A stretch of DNA of 64,000 bases from Candidatus Nomurabacteria bacterium (GTDB taxonomy: Bacteria > Patescibacteriota > Minisyncoccia > Phycocordibacterales > UBA9973), in contig JAHFNH010000002.1 in assembly GCA_023267435.1 (NCBI GenBank), positions 88,706 to 152,705 of the forward strand. The letters run 5' to 3'. Shown here one piece after another: positions 46,858 to 56,399 of the stretch (position 1 is the first letter of the stretch; every line of letters begins with the position of its first letter). A program made the translations under genes and the position numbers. The notes beneath the pieces were generated by a model. The model saw only the letters and a program-made list of their open reading frames with translations. It was not told the DNA's origin and did not search any database.

Positions 46858-48318
46858 CTATTCTTTTTTAGGTCTCATTAGAGGGAAAATTTGAGTTTCG
46901 CGAATAGGTTTGTCAGCTAGGAACGCGAACAACATTTCACCAAAACCGAAACCACACGTCGGAGGCATACCATGTTCGAGCATTTCTACGAATTCCATAT
47001 CTGGCATCATTGCTTCTTTGTCCCCCGCTTTCAATAATTCTTGTTGAGCTTCGAATCTTTCAGATTGGTCGATGGGATCATTTAATTCGGAGAATCCATT
47101 GCCAACTTCTGATCCAGCGATGATTATTTGAAATCTTTCTGTTAGATCTTTATTATCCAGCATTGATTTTGATAATGGAGAAACAAGTTTTGGATGACCA
47201 GTTAAAAATACCGGACCGGAGATTTGCTTTCGGCAATATTTCCAAAGTGTATCCACCATGCGTTCCATCGTATTGCCATCATAAACAACATGAAGCTCAT
47301 CGAGCTTTTTCTTTACTTCATCATAAGTAGCATCTAATACATCGATACCTGTTTGAGCTTTCACTGTTTCTCGGTAATCTATTTTTTTCCATTCACCACT
47401 CAAATCAAATTTATGTCCGCGTGTTTCGAATTCAGTTTTTCCAAATACATCATTCGCTATTTTTTTATATAATTCTTCGGTGAGTTTCATTCCGTCTTTA
47501 TAATTCGCATAAGCCCAGTAAAATTCCAAATTAGTAAATTCTTGCAAATGATTAGCATCCGAACCTTCATTGCGATAAGCGCGTCCTATTTCAAAAGTCT
47601 TTGGAAAACCTGCCGCCATCAAACGCTTCTGCCAAAGCTCTCCGATAGAGATACGCATATATAAAGGCAGTTTAAAATCTTCATTGTATGTTTTAAAAGG
47701 TGTCGCTTCGGCACCGCCAGTCGTAACTTCCAGCGATGGAGTTTCGACTTCCATAAAACCATGATCTTTCATAAAATTGCGGGCAGTGTCCCAAAATTTA
47801 GTTTTCTTTTCTAATATATCTCTCACTTCCGGATCCATTAAAATATCCAAATATCTTTTTCGAAAACGCTCTTCAATATCTTGCAACCCATGCCATTTTT
47901 CTGGTAATGGCTGTAATGTTTTTGTGAGCATGCGCCAATCTTTCACTTCAACTGTCTTCTCTCCTCTTTTAGTTGTAAAAAATATTCCTTGCACTTCTAC
48001 GAAGTCTCCTATGTCTGTGACTTCATTAAAGAAATCAAATTTATCATCACCGAGAGAATCTTTCTTAAGAAGAGCCTGAAATTGCGCAGTACCATCATTT
48101 AAAGTCAAAAAAATAATCGCACCTTGTCCACGCATCGACATAATTCTGCCGGCAACCCATTTCATCTCGCCAGACTTTTCTAAATCTGAAAAACTCTCAA
48201 TCGCTTCTGCTAAGGAAAGTTCTCTTTTTGATTCTGCTGGATACGGATTAATACCTCTTTCTTTTAAGAGGTTGAGTTTTTTTATTCTAGCGTCTCTAAT
48301 CTCAGCAATTGTAGACAT
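46858..48318 (-). CDS. lysS: Lysyl-tRNA synthetase (class II)
   Basis: Anticodon-binding OB fold and class II motifs 1-3. Confidence 0.93.
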   Translation of the reverse strand: MSTIAEIRDARIKKLNLLKERGINPYPAESKRELSLAEAIESFSDLEKSGEMKWVAGRIMSMRGQGAIIFLTLNDGTAQFQALLKKDSLGDDKFDFFNEVTDIGDFVEVQGIFFTTKRGEKTVEVKDWRMLTKTLQPLPEKWHGLQDIEERFRKRYLDILMDPEVRDILEKKTKFWDTARNFMKDHGFMEVETPSLEVTTGGAEATPFKTYNEDFKLPLYMRISIGELWQKRLMAAGFPKTFEIGRAYRNEGSDANHLQEFTNLEFYWAYANYKDGMKLTEELYKKIANDVFGKTEFETRGHKFDLSGEWKKIDYRETVKAQTGIDVLDATYDEVKKKLDELHVVYDGNTMERMVDTLWKYCRKQISGPVFLTGHPKLVSPLSKSMLDNKDLTERFQIIIAGSEVGNGFSELNDPIDQSERFEAQQELLKAGDKEAMMPDMEFVEMLEHGMPPTCGFGFGEMLFAFLADKPIRETQIFPLMRPKKE

Positions 48319-48327
48319 TATTAATAA

Positions 48328-48795
48328 TTATGATACGTCGATGATTTTATAATTAACTGTGCCACCAGGAGTTTGGAATGAAACACTGTCTCCTTTCTTT
48401 TTTCCAAAAAGAGCTTCGCCGAACGGTGAATGATTTGAAATTTTACCGGCAGCCATATCTGCCTCCTCTGATCCCACAATAAAATAAGTTTTGTTTTCTT
48501 TTGTACCTTCTTTTTCCACCACGACAGTAGAACCGACTTGCGCCGTGTCACCTCCATGTTTTGAAACAACCATTGATGTCTGTAAAATATGTTCTATCTT
48601 TGCAATACGTTCTTCTAATTTACCTTGATCTTCTCTGGCTTGGTGATACTCTGCATTTTCTGAAAGGTCTCCGAGAGATTTGGCGTACTCCAAGGCATCG
48701 ATTATTTCTTTGCGCTTTGGGCCTTTTAAATCTTCAAGCTCAGCTTGAAGCAATTTTTTCTTCTCTTCGGTTATATAATCTGCTGTCTTATCCAT
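48328..48795 (-). CDS. greA: Transcription elongation factor GreA
   Basis: Conserved coiled-coil with acidic tip and C-terminal FKBP-like domain. Confidence 0.9.
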   Translation of the reverse strand: MDKTADYITEEKKKLLQAELEDLKGPKRKEIIDALEYAKSLGDLSENAEYHQAREDQGKLEERIAKIEHILQTSMVVSKHGGDTAQVGSTVVVEKEGTKENKTYFIVGSEEADMAAGKISNHSPFGEALFGKKKGDSVSFQTPGGTVNYKIIDVS

Positions 48796-48917
48796 TAGTT
48801 AAATCTAACTTTTTTCCATTAAAAAGTCAAAAAATGCTTTCAAATTATAAAGATGACGATATTTACACCACGACAAAACTTGCGATAAATTTTTTATATG
48901 ATATTCTATTGGAATAT

Positions 48918-49148
48918 ATGGCAAAAACAATAATAGAAGTTAAGAAAAATCCAAATGAAAATAACGCGAGCATAATGCGCCGTTTTTCTCGTAAGGTTCA
49001 GGAATCAGGCGTAATCCACAAAGTGAAAGGTTCTCGATATAACGAAAGAAAGGAATCAAAGCTTAAGGTTAAAGCTGGAGCTCTAAAGAGACTAGGTAGA
49101 AGAAAAGAAATCGACAAGCTTCGCAAACTAGGCAAATTGGTAAAGTAA
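48918..49148 (+). CDS. rpsU: 30S ribosomal protein S21 (start uncertain; ATG at 48834 would add 28 aa)
   Basis: …IMRRFSRKVQESGVIHKVKGSRYNERKESKLKVKAGALKRLGRRKE… is S21-like. The N-terminal part of ORF 48561..49148 overlaps greA and is rejected. Confidence 0.65.
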   Translation: MAKTIIEVKKNPNENNASIMRRFSRKVQESGVIHKVKGSRYNERKESKLKVKAGALKRLGRRKEIDKLRKLGKLVK

Positions 49149-49151
49149 AAT

Positions 49152-49604
49152 ATGCAGGAAAATTTATCTATTATAAACAAAACAAAAGGCAAGCTTCCGA
49201 GCTTGCCTTTTAACGAGTTGAAAAATAACATCTTGGGCAAAAATTACTCTTGCTCGATTGTTTTCGTCGGAGAAAAAAGATCCAGAGAGTTCAATAAAAA
49301 ATATCGAGATAAAGATAAGTCTACGAATATTTTATCTTTTTGTTTATCAAAAACTGACGGCGAGATGATTCTATGTCCAGCCGTCGCAAAACGCGAATAT
49401 AAAAAATTCGACAGAACTTTTCCAAATTTCCTAGGATTTTTAGTTATCCACGGAATGCTTCATTTGAAAGGAATGGAACATAGTAGTAGAATGGAGAAAG
49501 CGGAACAAAAATATGATCAGAAATATTTCTATCGGGATAGACATAGGATCATCAACGACAAGAGTCGTGGTGGGAGAATTCTTAAAGGGAGAAAAAAATC
49601 CTAA
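49152..49604 (+). CDS. ybeY: rRNA maturation endoribonuclease YbeY
   Basis: HGMLHLKGMEH zinc-binding motif. Confidence 0.85.
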   Translation: MQENLSIINKTKGKLPSLPFNELKNNILGKNYSCSIVFVGEKRSREFNKKYRDKDKSTNILSFCLSKTDGEMILCPAVAKREYKKFDRTFPNFLGFLVIHGMLHLKGMEHSSRMEKAEQKYDQKYFYRDRHRIINDKSRGGRILKGRKKS

Positions 49605-50676
49605 AGTTATTGGCATTGGTGAAAATGAAACAAAAGGCATCCGACATGGTTATGTCGTAAATTTCAATGACGCAGTAAATTCTGTTAAGAAAGCTGTTGC
49701 TATGGCAGAAAAAACTTCCGGTGTAAAAATAAAACACGCATTTGTTTCAGTCGGCGGCACAACTCTGCATTCAGAAATGAGTTCAGGGGTCGCAATTATT
49801 TCCAAAGCAGATGGCGAAGTGACCAGCCTAGACATAAATAAAGCTATTGAAGACGGAGAAAATAATCTAAAACTCGGCAATAAAAGAGTGATCCAATTGT
49901 TCCCTATTTCTTTCCGCCTCGATGGCAAAGAAGTTTTAGGCAGACCGGAAGGAATGCGAGGAGTAAAGCTTGAAATTAAAACTATTTTCGTTGTTTGTTC
50001 AAGTCAACATTTAGAAGACTTACTAGAAGTAATAGCCGAAGCTGGAGTAGAACCGCTAAATATCATCGCCTCGCCTATCGCCGGAAGTAATATCGCATTA
50101 TCCGACAGACAAAAAATCGTAGGATCAGCATTGGTTAGTATCGGTTCGGAAACTGTATCAATCGGAGTATTTGAAAATGGCTCGCTCATATCTCTCCACA
50201 CATTTTCAATCGGTTCATCTGATATCACAAATGACATAGCTTTGGGTTTGAAAATTCCGTTGGAAAAAGCAGAGAGTTTCAAACTTGGAAATATTTCCGA
50301 AGATTATTCAAAGAAAAAACTAGATGAGATCATTGAAGCTCGTTTATCTGATATTTTTGAACTCATCGAGAATCATCTGAAAAAAATAAAAAGAAATGAA
50401 CTCCTGCCTGCCGGCATTGTATGGATAGGTGGAGGTTCTTCTATACCTAAACTTGAAGAATTTTCAAGGTCTGCATTAAAACTCCCATCCAGAGTGGGAC
50501 AGACAGATATGTTTGGTAATGCAAAAACAAAACTTCGAGACCCGTCCTGGTTTACAGCACTGGGTCTTATAATAGAAAACAAAGATAGTAAAGGACCAAC
50601 CGGCAACCCATTTTCCAATCTTTTAAAAGATCTAATAAACGCAATAAAATCAATGACTAAACAGCTCATGCCTTAA
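49513..50676 (+). CDS. ftsA: Cell division protein FtsA
   Basis: Actin-like IGIDIGSSTTRVVVG start; overlaps the ybeY 3' end by 92 nt. Confidence 0.88.
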   Translation: MIRNISIGIDIGSSTTRVVVGEFLKGEKNPKVIGIGENETKGIRHGYVVNFNDAVNSVKKAVAMAEKTSGVKIKHAFVSVGGTTLHSEMSSGVAIISKADGEVTSLDINKAIEDGENNLKLGNKRVIQLFPISFRLDGKEVLGRPEGMRGVKLEIKTIFVVCSSQHLEDLLEVIAEAGVEPLNIIASPIAGSNIALSDRQKIVGSALVSIGSETVSIGVFENGSLISLHTFSIGSSDITNDIALGLKIPLEKAESFKLGNISEDYSKKKLDEIIEARLSDIFELIENHLKKIKRNELLPAGIVWIGGGSSIPKLEEFSRSALKLPSRVGQTDMFGNAKTKLRDPSWFTALGLIIENKDSKGPTGNPFSNLLKDLINAIKSMTKQLMP

Positions 50677-50713
50677 AAATATGAAGTTTTTTTAAAATGT
50701 AATATAGTTGTAA

Positions 50714-50746
50714 AAAAGCAAAAATTTTGCTTTTTTTTATTTTCTG
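50714..50746 (+). terminator. Weak hairpin plus T-run between ftsA and ftsZ (possible attenuator)
   Basis: aaaaagcaaaaattttgctttttttt. Confidence 0.45.
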
Positions 50747-50803
50747 CTATTATAAGACTTATACAAACTAATCATTTTTATTAGAAATTAATTTTAAAAA
50801 CAT

Positions 50804-52030
50804 ATGCCAAAAGTAAACCCAGCTATTGAAACATTCGCTCGCATTAAAGTCATCGGAGTCGGAGGTTCCGGAAAAAATGCCCTTAACCATATGATAATGA
50901 ATAAGGTGAAAGGCGTGGAATTTATCTGTATGAACACAGATACTCAAGACCTACACCACTCTCTAGCTGATAAGAAAATTCACATTGGAAAAAATTTAAC
51001 TAAAGGACTCGGAGCAGGAATGAATCCGGAAATCGGAAGAAAGGCTGCCGAGGAAACTAAGTCTGAAATCCAAGATGTGATCAAGGGAGCTGATATGGTT
51101 TTCATAGCATGCGGTTTGGGCGGAGGTACAGGCACTGGTGCAGCTCCGATTGTAGCTAGAGCGGCAAAAGAGCAAGGCATATTGACTGTCGCTGTCGTTA
51201 CCAAGCCATTCTTTTTCGAAGGCAGTCACAGAATGAAGTTGGCCGACAAGGGACTTGAGGAACTTTCCAAGGAAGTGGATGCAATCATCGTAATCCCTAA
51301 TGATAAACTTCTACAAATTTCCGACAAAAACACCAACTTCAAAGATGCTTTTGCTACTTGCGATGATGTTTTACGTCAAGCAGTAGAAGGCATTTCAGAC
51401 CTTATTACAACTCCAGGTATCATCAATGTAGACTTCGCTGATATAAAGACAATCATGGCTGATGCAGGAAGTGCACTTATGGGTATCGGTTCTGCTTCTG
51501 GCGAGAAGCGTGCTGAGAAGGCCGCACTTATGGCAATCAATTCACCTCTTCTCGAAGTATCTATCAACGGTGCAAGAGGCGTACTCTTTGCTATTTCCGG
51601 CGGGGATGATATTACAATCCACGAAATTCAAGAAGCGGCAAAAATAATTACCGAATCAATCGACAAAGATGCAAAAGTAATTTTCGGAACTATACGAGAT
51701 GAAAAATTAAAAAAAGGAGAATTAAAAGTTACAGTTATTGCTACCAGCTTCCCTACTGAAATGCCAAAGAAAAATCTTTTTAACTCCAACGCAAATCTAA
51801 ATCAGCCAATCTTAAAAGAAGACAACGCGATCACAGCCAAGAAAGAAATTCACAACAGTATTGTGAATCCAAATACACAAAATTCCAATACGCAAAACTC
51901 AAGCATGAATAATAATGACTTTGTGAGAAAAGTAGAAAAAAAGCCTGAAGTTGTTGAAGAAATAATCATCGAAGAAGATTCCGACGACTGGAGTGCTGTT
52001 CCAGCTTTCTTAAGAAGAAATAAAAAATAA
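50804..52030 (+). CDS. ftsZ: Cell division GTPase FtsZ
   Basis: GGGTGTG tubulin signature. Confidence 0.97.
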   Translation: MPKVNPAIETFARIKVIGVGGSGKNALNHMIMNKVKGVEFICMNTDTQDLHHSLADKKIHIGKNLTKGLGAGMNPEIGRKAAEETKSEIQDVIKGADMVFIACGLGGGTGTGAAPIVARAAKEQGILTVAVVTKPFFFEGSHRMKLADKGLEELSKEVDAIIVIPNDKLLQISDKNTNFKDAFATCDDVLRQAVEGISDLITTPGIINVDFADIKTIMADAGSALMGIGSASGEKRAEKAALMAINSPLLEVSINGARGVLFAISGGDDITIHEIQEAAKIITESIDKDAKVIFGTIRDEKLKKGELKVTVIATSFPTEMPKKNLFNSNANLNQPILKEDNAITAKKEIHNSIVNPNTQNSNTQNSSMNNNDFVRKVEKKPEVVEEIIIEEDSDDWSAVPAFLRRNKK

Positions 52031-52037
52031 TATACCT

Positions 52038-52964
52038 ATGATCTATGATTTAATCATTGTCGGAGGCGGACCTGCAGGAGTAGCTGCGGCTGTGTATGCT
52101 TCACGCAAGCGCCTCAACACCCTATTTTTAACTTCCGAATTCGGAGGGCAATCTGTCGTATCAGAAAATATCTATAATTGGATAGGATCAGTTTCTATCT
52201 CCGGCGCAGATCTCGCAAAAAATTTCAAAGCACATGTCACGGCAAATGCTGGTGATATGCTCCAAATAAAAGAAGGCGCCAAAGTTGATAGTATTTCAAA
52301 AGATGGAGATTTATTCAAAATAAAAACAAATTCCAACGAAGAATTTTCAACAAAAAGTTTACTCATTGCGACTGGAAGCGGACGCAGAAAATTGATCGCA
52401 AAAAATGCAGATGCTTTAGAACACAAAGGCATCACCTATTGCGCATCTTGTGATGGTCCGCTTTTTTCCGGTGCAGATGTTGTGGTGATCGGAGGAGGCA
52501 ATGCTGGTTTTGAAAGTGCAGCCCAGCTTCTCGCCTATTGTAATTCTGTAACTTTAATAAACAGAAGTAATGAATTTCGTGCGGATAAAATAACTGTTGA
52601 AAAATTACTTTCTAATCCAAAAATGAAAGTTATAAAAAATGTTGATATCTTGGAAATAAAAGGTGAAAAATTCGTAGAAGGACTCACCTATTTAGATAAA
52701 AATACAAACGAAACAAAAGAATTGAAAGTCACAGGTATCTTTGTAGAAATCGGTCAAATCCCCAACACGGACTGGGTTAAAGACTTGGTGGAGTTAGATG
52801 AAATAAATAGAGTTAAAATAGACCCTTGGACCAATCGCACCTCTGTGCCGGGCATCTGGGCAGCTGGAGACTGTACAAATATCCTCTATCATCAAAACAA
52901 TATCGCTGCTGGTGACGGAGTCAAAGCTCTCGAAGACATATATCTCTATTTACACGCAAAATAG
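52038..52964 (+). CDS. trxB: Thioredoxin-disulfide reductase
   Basis: GGGPAG FAD motif and CASC redox centre. Confidence 0.9.
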   Translation: MIYDLIIVGGGPAGVAAAVYASRKRLNTLFLTSEFGGQSVVSENIYNWIGSVSISGADLAKNFKAHVTANAGDMLQIKEGAKVDSISKDGDLFKIKTNSNEEFSTKSLLIATGSGRRKLIAKNADALEHKGITYCASCDGPLFSGADVVVIGGGNAGFESAAQLLAYCNSVTLINRSNEFRADKITVEKLLSNPKMKVIKNVDILEIKGEKFVEGLTYLDKNTNETKELKVTGIFVEIGQIPNTDWVKDLVELDEINRVKIDPWTNRTSVPGIWAAGDCTNILYHQNNIAAGDGVKALEDIYLYLHAK

Positions 52965-52972
52965 AAAAAATA

Positions 52973-52998
52973 AAAACCGATCTGTGATCGGTTTTTTT
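52973..52998 (+). terminator. Terminator (aaaccgatctgtgatcggttt + T-run)
   Basis: Perfect hairpin after trxB. Confidence 0.8.
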
Positions 52999-53015
52999 AA
53001 TTATTTATAACTATT

Positions 53016-53561
53016 TTAGTTGTATTGCATTCTACCTTGAAAATGAATTTGTAATTTCTTAACTGATTCATGTAAATCGAAAGTTTGATCGTCTTTTTTT
53101 TCGAATACTATTTTTATAAGTTCCGCATCTTGTGTGTTTTTTTCTTTTTGTAAATTTTTCTGTTTTTGCAGATCTTTAATCATTGAAAATAAAAGAGGGG
53201 CAAGGTCTTCGAATATACATTCATAATGACATATTTTTCCCTTACCAAAAATTTCTTCTCTGTAATTGCCAGTCGCAATTAACTTTCCCTTGAATTCCTC
53301 GTCTGATCGCATTTGTTTTACAAAAGGTAGAGTTTCAGCATGACGACAATTTTCCAAAATCGAAGTAATTATTACAAAGTCTAACTTATTCTTATTTAAC
53401 TCAAAAATTTCTTTAGCACTTTTTAACGATTTTGCTCGTAATAAATTGCAAAAATTTCCAATTTTAATTTCACACTGTCCGTAAAGATAAGAACTGGTTA
53501 TAATTACAAGAACATTTACATCTTTAGTAAATTGTCCGTCTGGTTTATTTTCTTTTGTCAT
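53016..53561 (-). CDS. Hypothetical protein, possibly a degenerate receiver-like (pseudo-REC) domain
   Basis: The ORF as given (to 53705) overlaps tRNA-Ser, so the start is moved to Met-49. Alternating hydrophobic-strand/helix pattern (…VNVLVIITSS…LDFVIITSI…). Confidence 0.45.
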   Translation of the reverse strand: MTKENKPDGQFTKDVNVLVIITSSYLYGQCEIKIGNFCNLLRAKSLKSAKEIFELNKNKLDFVIITSILENCRHAETLPFVKQMRSDEEFKGKLIATGNYREEIFGKGKICHYECIFEDLAPLLFSMIKDLQKQKNLQKEKNTQDAELIKIVFEKKDDQTFDLHESVKKLQIHFQGRMQYN

Positions 53562-53632
53562 AGAGCTATAAATTAAGGTTAGTACTAGAATATCTTGAGA
53601 AAGTATAGCACAATCAAACACTAATGTCAATG

Positions 53633-53719
53633 CGGAAGCGGTGAGATTTGAACTCACGATGAGGTTTCCCCCATGCTGGTTTTCGAAACCAGTGCCTTCA
53701 ACCACTCAGCCACGCTTCC
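53633..53719 (-). tRNA. trnS: tRNA-Ser (anticodon CGA), long variable arm
   Basis: Hand fold: acceptor GGAAGCG/CGCTTCC, anticodon loop TTCGAAA, long variable arm, T-arm GTGAG-TTCAAAT-CTCAC. Confidence 0.85.
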
Positions 53720-53765
53720 GTTAAAAGCTTTTTACAACAACATATATTATGTTAGCTGTCAACTG

Positions 53766-53837
53766 TGACCCTACAGAGAATCGAACTCTGATTACCGCCT
53801 TGAAAAGGCGATGTCCTAACCGTTAGACGATAGGGCC
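53766..53837 (-). tRNA. trnE: tRNA-Glu (anticodon UUC)
   Basis: Hand fold: acceptor GGCCCTA/TAGGGTC, anticodon loop TTTTCAA, T-arm CAGAG-TTCGATT-CTCTG. Confidence 0.85.
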
Positions 53838-53880
53838 ATCCAAATAACTTAACCAATATAACATTTTTATAATAAAATGC

Positions 53881-53912
53881 AAAAAATCCCCACAAATTTT
53901 GTGGGGATTTTT
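53881..53912. terminator. Bidirectional terminator (atccccacaaattttgtggggat)
   Basis: Perfect hairpin with A/T flanks. Confidence 0.8.
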
Positions 53913-53927
53913 GATCAAACTAAAATT

Positions 53928-54758
53928 TTATTTTGTAAACAAAGGAACAATGGCTAACGAAAGAAGAATCAAACATACTCCCACATCCAAAAAATTCTTT
54001 TGGATAATACGATATCTTTCCGTATAAACAAAAGACACCAGAACAAAAAAACAAATAAAACAGCCAAGCGAAAAAGTTATTGTAAAAAAATACTCATTAT
54101 TCTTTGGCAATGTAAATAAACAAGCAAAAAGTCCGACAAGTATGAAAGACGCGACCAGTCTGATTATTTCACTTTCAGATAATCCTTTCTCTGTTATTTG
54201 TTCTTTTTTATGGCGCTTTTCCATATCTTTAAGAATTTCCCGCCCAAGAACAACACAAAAAACAAATACAAAGAAAGCTATACATTTCCCCGCCCCGATA
54301 TCATCTATATTAAATGCAAATAATATGGGTAAACTATTTGCTATCGCAGTTAATATTGTCGAGAAAAAATAAAATCGCCTAACACTAGGCAAAAATATTC
54401 CAATAACAATACAAACAAGCAACAAGATGCTTTGATGGTGAGAAAATGAAAATCTGGAATAAGACAACAAAACAGCGGCTATCCATAACAATGAAAGAAT
54501 CATCGAGAAAAAAATTCTATCATTATTATTCATAATGTATTTACTTTTTTCAGGATTATGATTTCTTTCATAAAAATCATTCCAGGTAACTCTGGCCAAG
54601 GTTATGATAAATACTGTAAAAGTTATAAGCAAATAATCTTGTGTTAACCAGAAATCCTTACTGCCGGATAAAACAAAACTGATATGTATTAACAATACGG
54701 ACAATAATGCCACGGACAGCCTGAGGCCACCGAAGCATCTGAATAAATGTTTCGTCAT
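53928..54758 (-). CDS. Polytopic membrane protein, possibly a divergent UbiA-like prenyltransferase
   Basis: Eight or nine TM segments; weak NDFYERNHN Asp-rich-like motif. Confidence 0.4.
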   Translation of the reverse strand: MTKHLFRCFGGLRLSVALLSVLLIHISFVLSGSKDFWLTQDYLLITFTVFIITLARVTWNDFYERNHNPEKSKYIMNNNDRIFFSMILSLLWIAAVLLSYSRFSFSHHQSILLLVCIVIGIFLPSVRRFYFFSTILTAIANSLPILFAFNIDDIGAGKCIAFFVFVFCVVLGREILKDMEKRHKKEQITEKGLSESEIIRLVASFILVGLFACLFTLPKNNEYFFTITFSLGCFICFFVLVSFVYTERYRIIQKNFLDVGVCLILLSLAIVPLFTK

Positions 54759-54895
54759 ATTTAGGGAGTTTTATGTTGTTTATTTTTCAGTGAACTTTTT
54801 TCTTTTTATACATTAACATAAAAAATACGATTTAGCAAATTAAAAATTACTTAAAAAGCTTTTCTTTTTCAAGAAAAAAGAGTAAATTTGTCTAT

Positions 54896-55645
54896 ATGCT
54901 AAATAATCAAGAAAAAATAAAGATTGTCATCTTGGCTGGTGGCAAAGGAAAAAGAATGCAAAGCGAATTACCGAAGGTGCTTATGCCTTTGAAAAACAAG
55001 CCGATGATTTCCCATATAGTTTCAGAAATAAAAAAAATTTCAGATGAAAAGCCGATAGCCATCGTCGGACACAAAGCAGAACTGGTGCAATCCGAACTTG
55101 GTGATTTATGTTTTTATGCACTTCAAGAAGAACAGCTCGGCACAGGCCATGCAGTCTCTTGTGCTAAAGGTGACTGCGCCGATGCTGAACAAATCGTAGT
55201 TCTTTCTGGAGATCAGCCTTTCATTTCAGCAAAGACAATAGTGAACCTGATAGAGAAACAATTAGACTCAAAGTCAAAAATAACTTTCGCTACGACCGAA
55301 GTCCCCGACTTTTTTGATTGGCGCAAAGCGTTTCTTGCTCTCGGAAGAATTCTGCGTAAAGATGGCGAAGTCGTCGGTATTAAAGAATACAAAGACGCGA
55401 CAGAAGAAGAAAAGGAAATAAAAGAAATAAATGTCGGATGCTATTGTTTTGAAGCAAAATGGCTTTGGGAAAATTTAGAGAAAATAAATAACGACAACAA
55501 TCAGAAAGAATATTACCTGACCGATCTTTTAAAGATAGCAAAAAGCGAGGAAGAAAAAATCGAAACAATTAAGATAGATAATCACGAAGCCTTGGGAGCA
55601 AATTCCAAAGAAGAACTTGAGATATTAGAGAACTTTGCTGTATAA
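54896..55645 (+). CDS. Sugar-1-phosphate nucleotidyltransferase, GlmU N-terminal (uridylyltransferase) domain only
   Basis: VILAGGKGKRM and LPKVLMPLKNKPM motifs; no left-handed beta-helix acetyltransferase domain. Confidence 0.75.
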   Translation: MLNNQEKIKIVILAGGKGKRMQSELPKVLMPLKNKPMISHIVSEIKKISDEKPIAIVGHKAELVQSELGDLCFYALQEEQLGTGHAVSCAKGDCADAEQIVVLSGDQPFISAKTIVNLIEKQLDSKSKITFATTEVPDFFDWRKAFLALGRILRKDGEVVGIKEYKDATEEEKEIKEINVGCYCFEAKWLWENLEKINNDNNQKEYYLTDLLKIAKSEEEKIETIKIDNHEALGANSKEELEILENFAV

Positions 55646-55713
55646 AATATAGAAAATAAAAAAAACACCCCTAATTAACAAGAGTGTTTTATACTTAAAC
55701 TAGAACGAAAATT

Positions 55714-56187
55714 TTATTTACTATCCAATAAATTCTTAACCGCCATTTTTATTTTACCATCTAAAAATATAGATAAATTTGGATCACCATCATGAGAAGT
55801 TCCTGGACATGGTAAATTTAAAAAATCTTCCCAACGAATATATCTTCCTTGATAAGCAGAATTGCCTCCATATCTTTCAATCAACCATTCTGACCCATTA
55901 GGACAATAATCAGATAAACCAAATGCACCACTGAGAGCTTTTTTATTAAGAATTATTATTCCCTCAATACTTTCCCTAATAGAAAACCTTATTTCGTATT
56001 TTAATTGGAATTTGCCTTTTTCTTCTTCTTTCGTAATAGTTAAATTGGCAACATCACCATTTTTAAGATATACATAAACATCACTACTAACAACAACCTT
56101 CATTTTTATTCCGTGACGATTATACCAATCAGGAAAAAATGAATTAGAAAGTTTTGGAATTTTTGATTTTACAGTTTGTGTTTCCAT
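55714..56187 (-). CDS. Hypothetical protein (157 aa)
   Basis: ORF; divergent partner of 56400..56822, sharing promoter module B. Confidence 0.5.
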   Translation of the reverse strand: METQTVKSKIPKLSNSFFPDWYNRHGIKMKVVVSSDVYVYLKNGDVANLTITKEEEKGKFQLKYEIRFSIRESIEGIIILNKKALSGAFGLSDYCPNGSEWLIERYGGNSAYQGRYIRWEDFLNLPCPGTSHDGDPNLSIFLDGKIKMAVKNLLDSK

Positions 56188-56317
56188 TTTTTTAGTTTTT
56201 AGTTAGACATAAATTTAGTTAATTTTCTCAACCCTCATAAAGGAGCTGGGAAAATCAACCAAATAGCCTGCTAAAACAAATATTTCAAACAACTGAATCT
56301 TGTCATTATATTATCAA

Positions 56318-56353
56318 ACATTTATTGACTCGTCAATATTTTTGTGATATTGT
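56318..56353. promoter_or_regulatory. Bidirectional promoter module copy B: TTGACtcGTCAA palindrome; TGaTATTGT extended -10 (plus) and TAATAT -10 (minus)
   Basis: catttaTTGACtcGTCAAtatttttgTGaTATTGT; 17-nt spacers on both strands. Confidence 0.65.
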
Positions 56354-56399
56354 TTGGATAAATAAATTTGTTATTGTTAAACCTTAAAAACTAAATATC

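Noticed and set aside
48321-48569. 82-aa minus-strand ORF and the N-terminal 120 codons of plus ORF 48561..49148
   Set aside because: Both overlap the well-supported greA in other frames. Only the S21-like C-terminal part (from 48918 or 48834) is kept.
53016-53705. 229-aa ORF whose first ~25 codons run through tRNA-Ser
   Set aside because: Overlap with a confidently folded tRNA is implausible, so I truncated to the next in-frame Met (53561).
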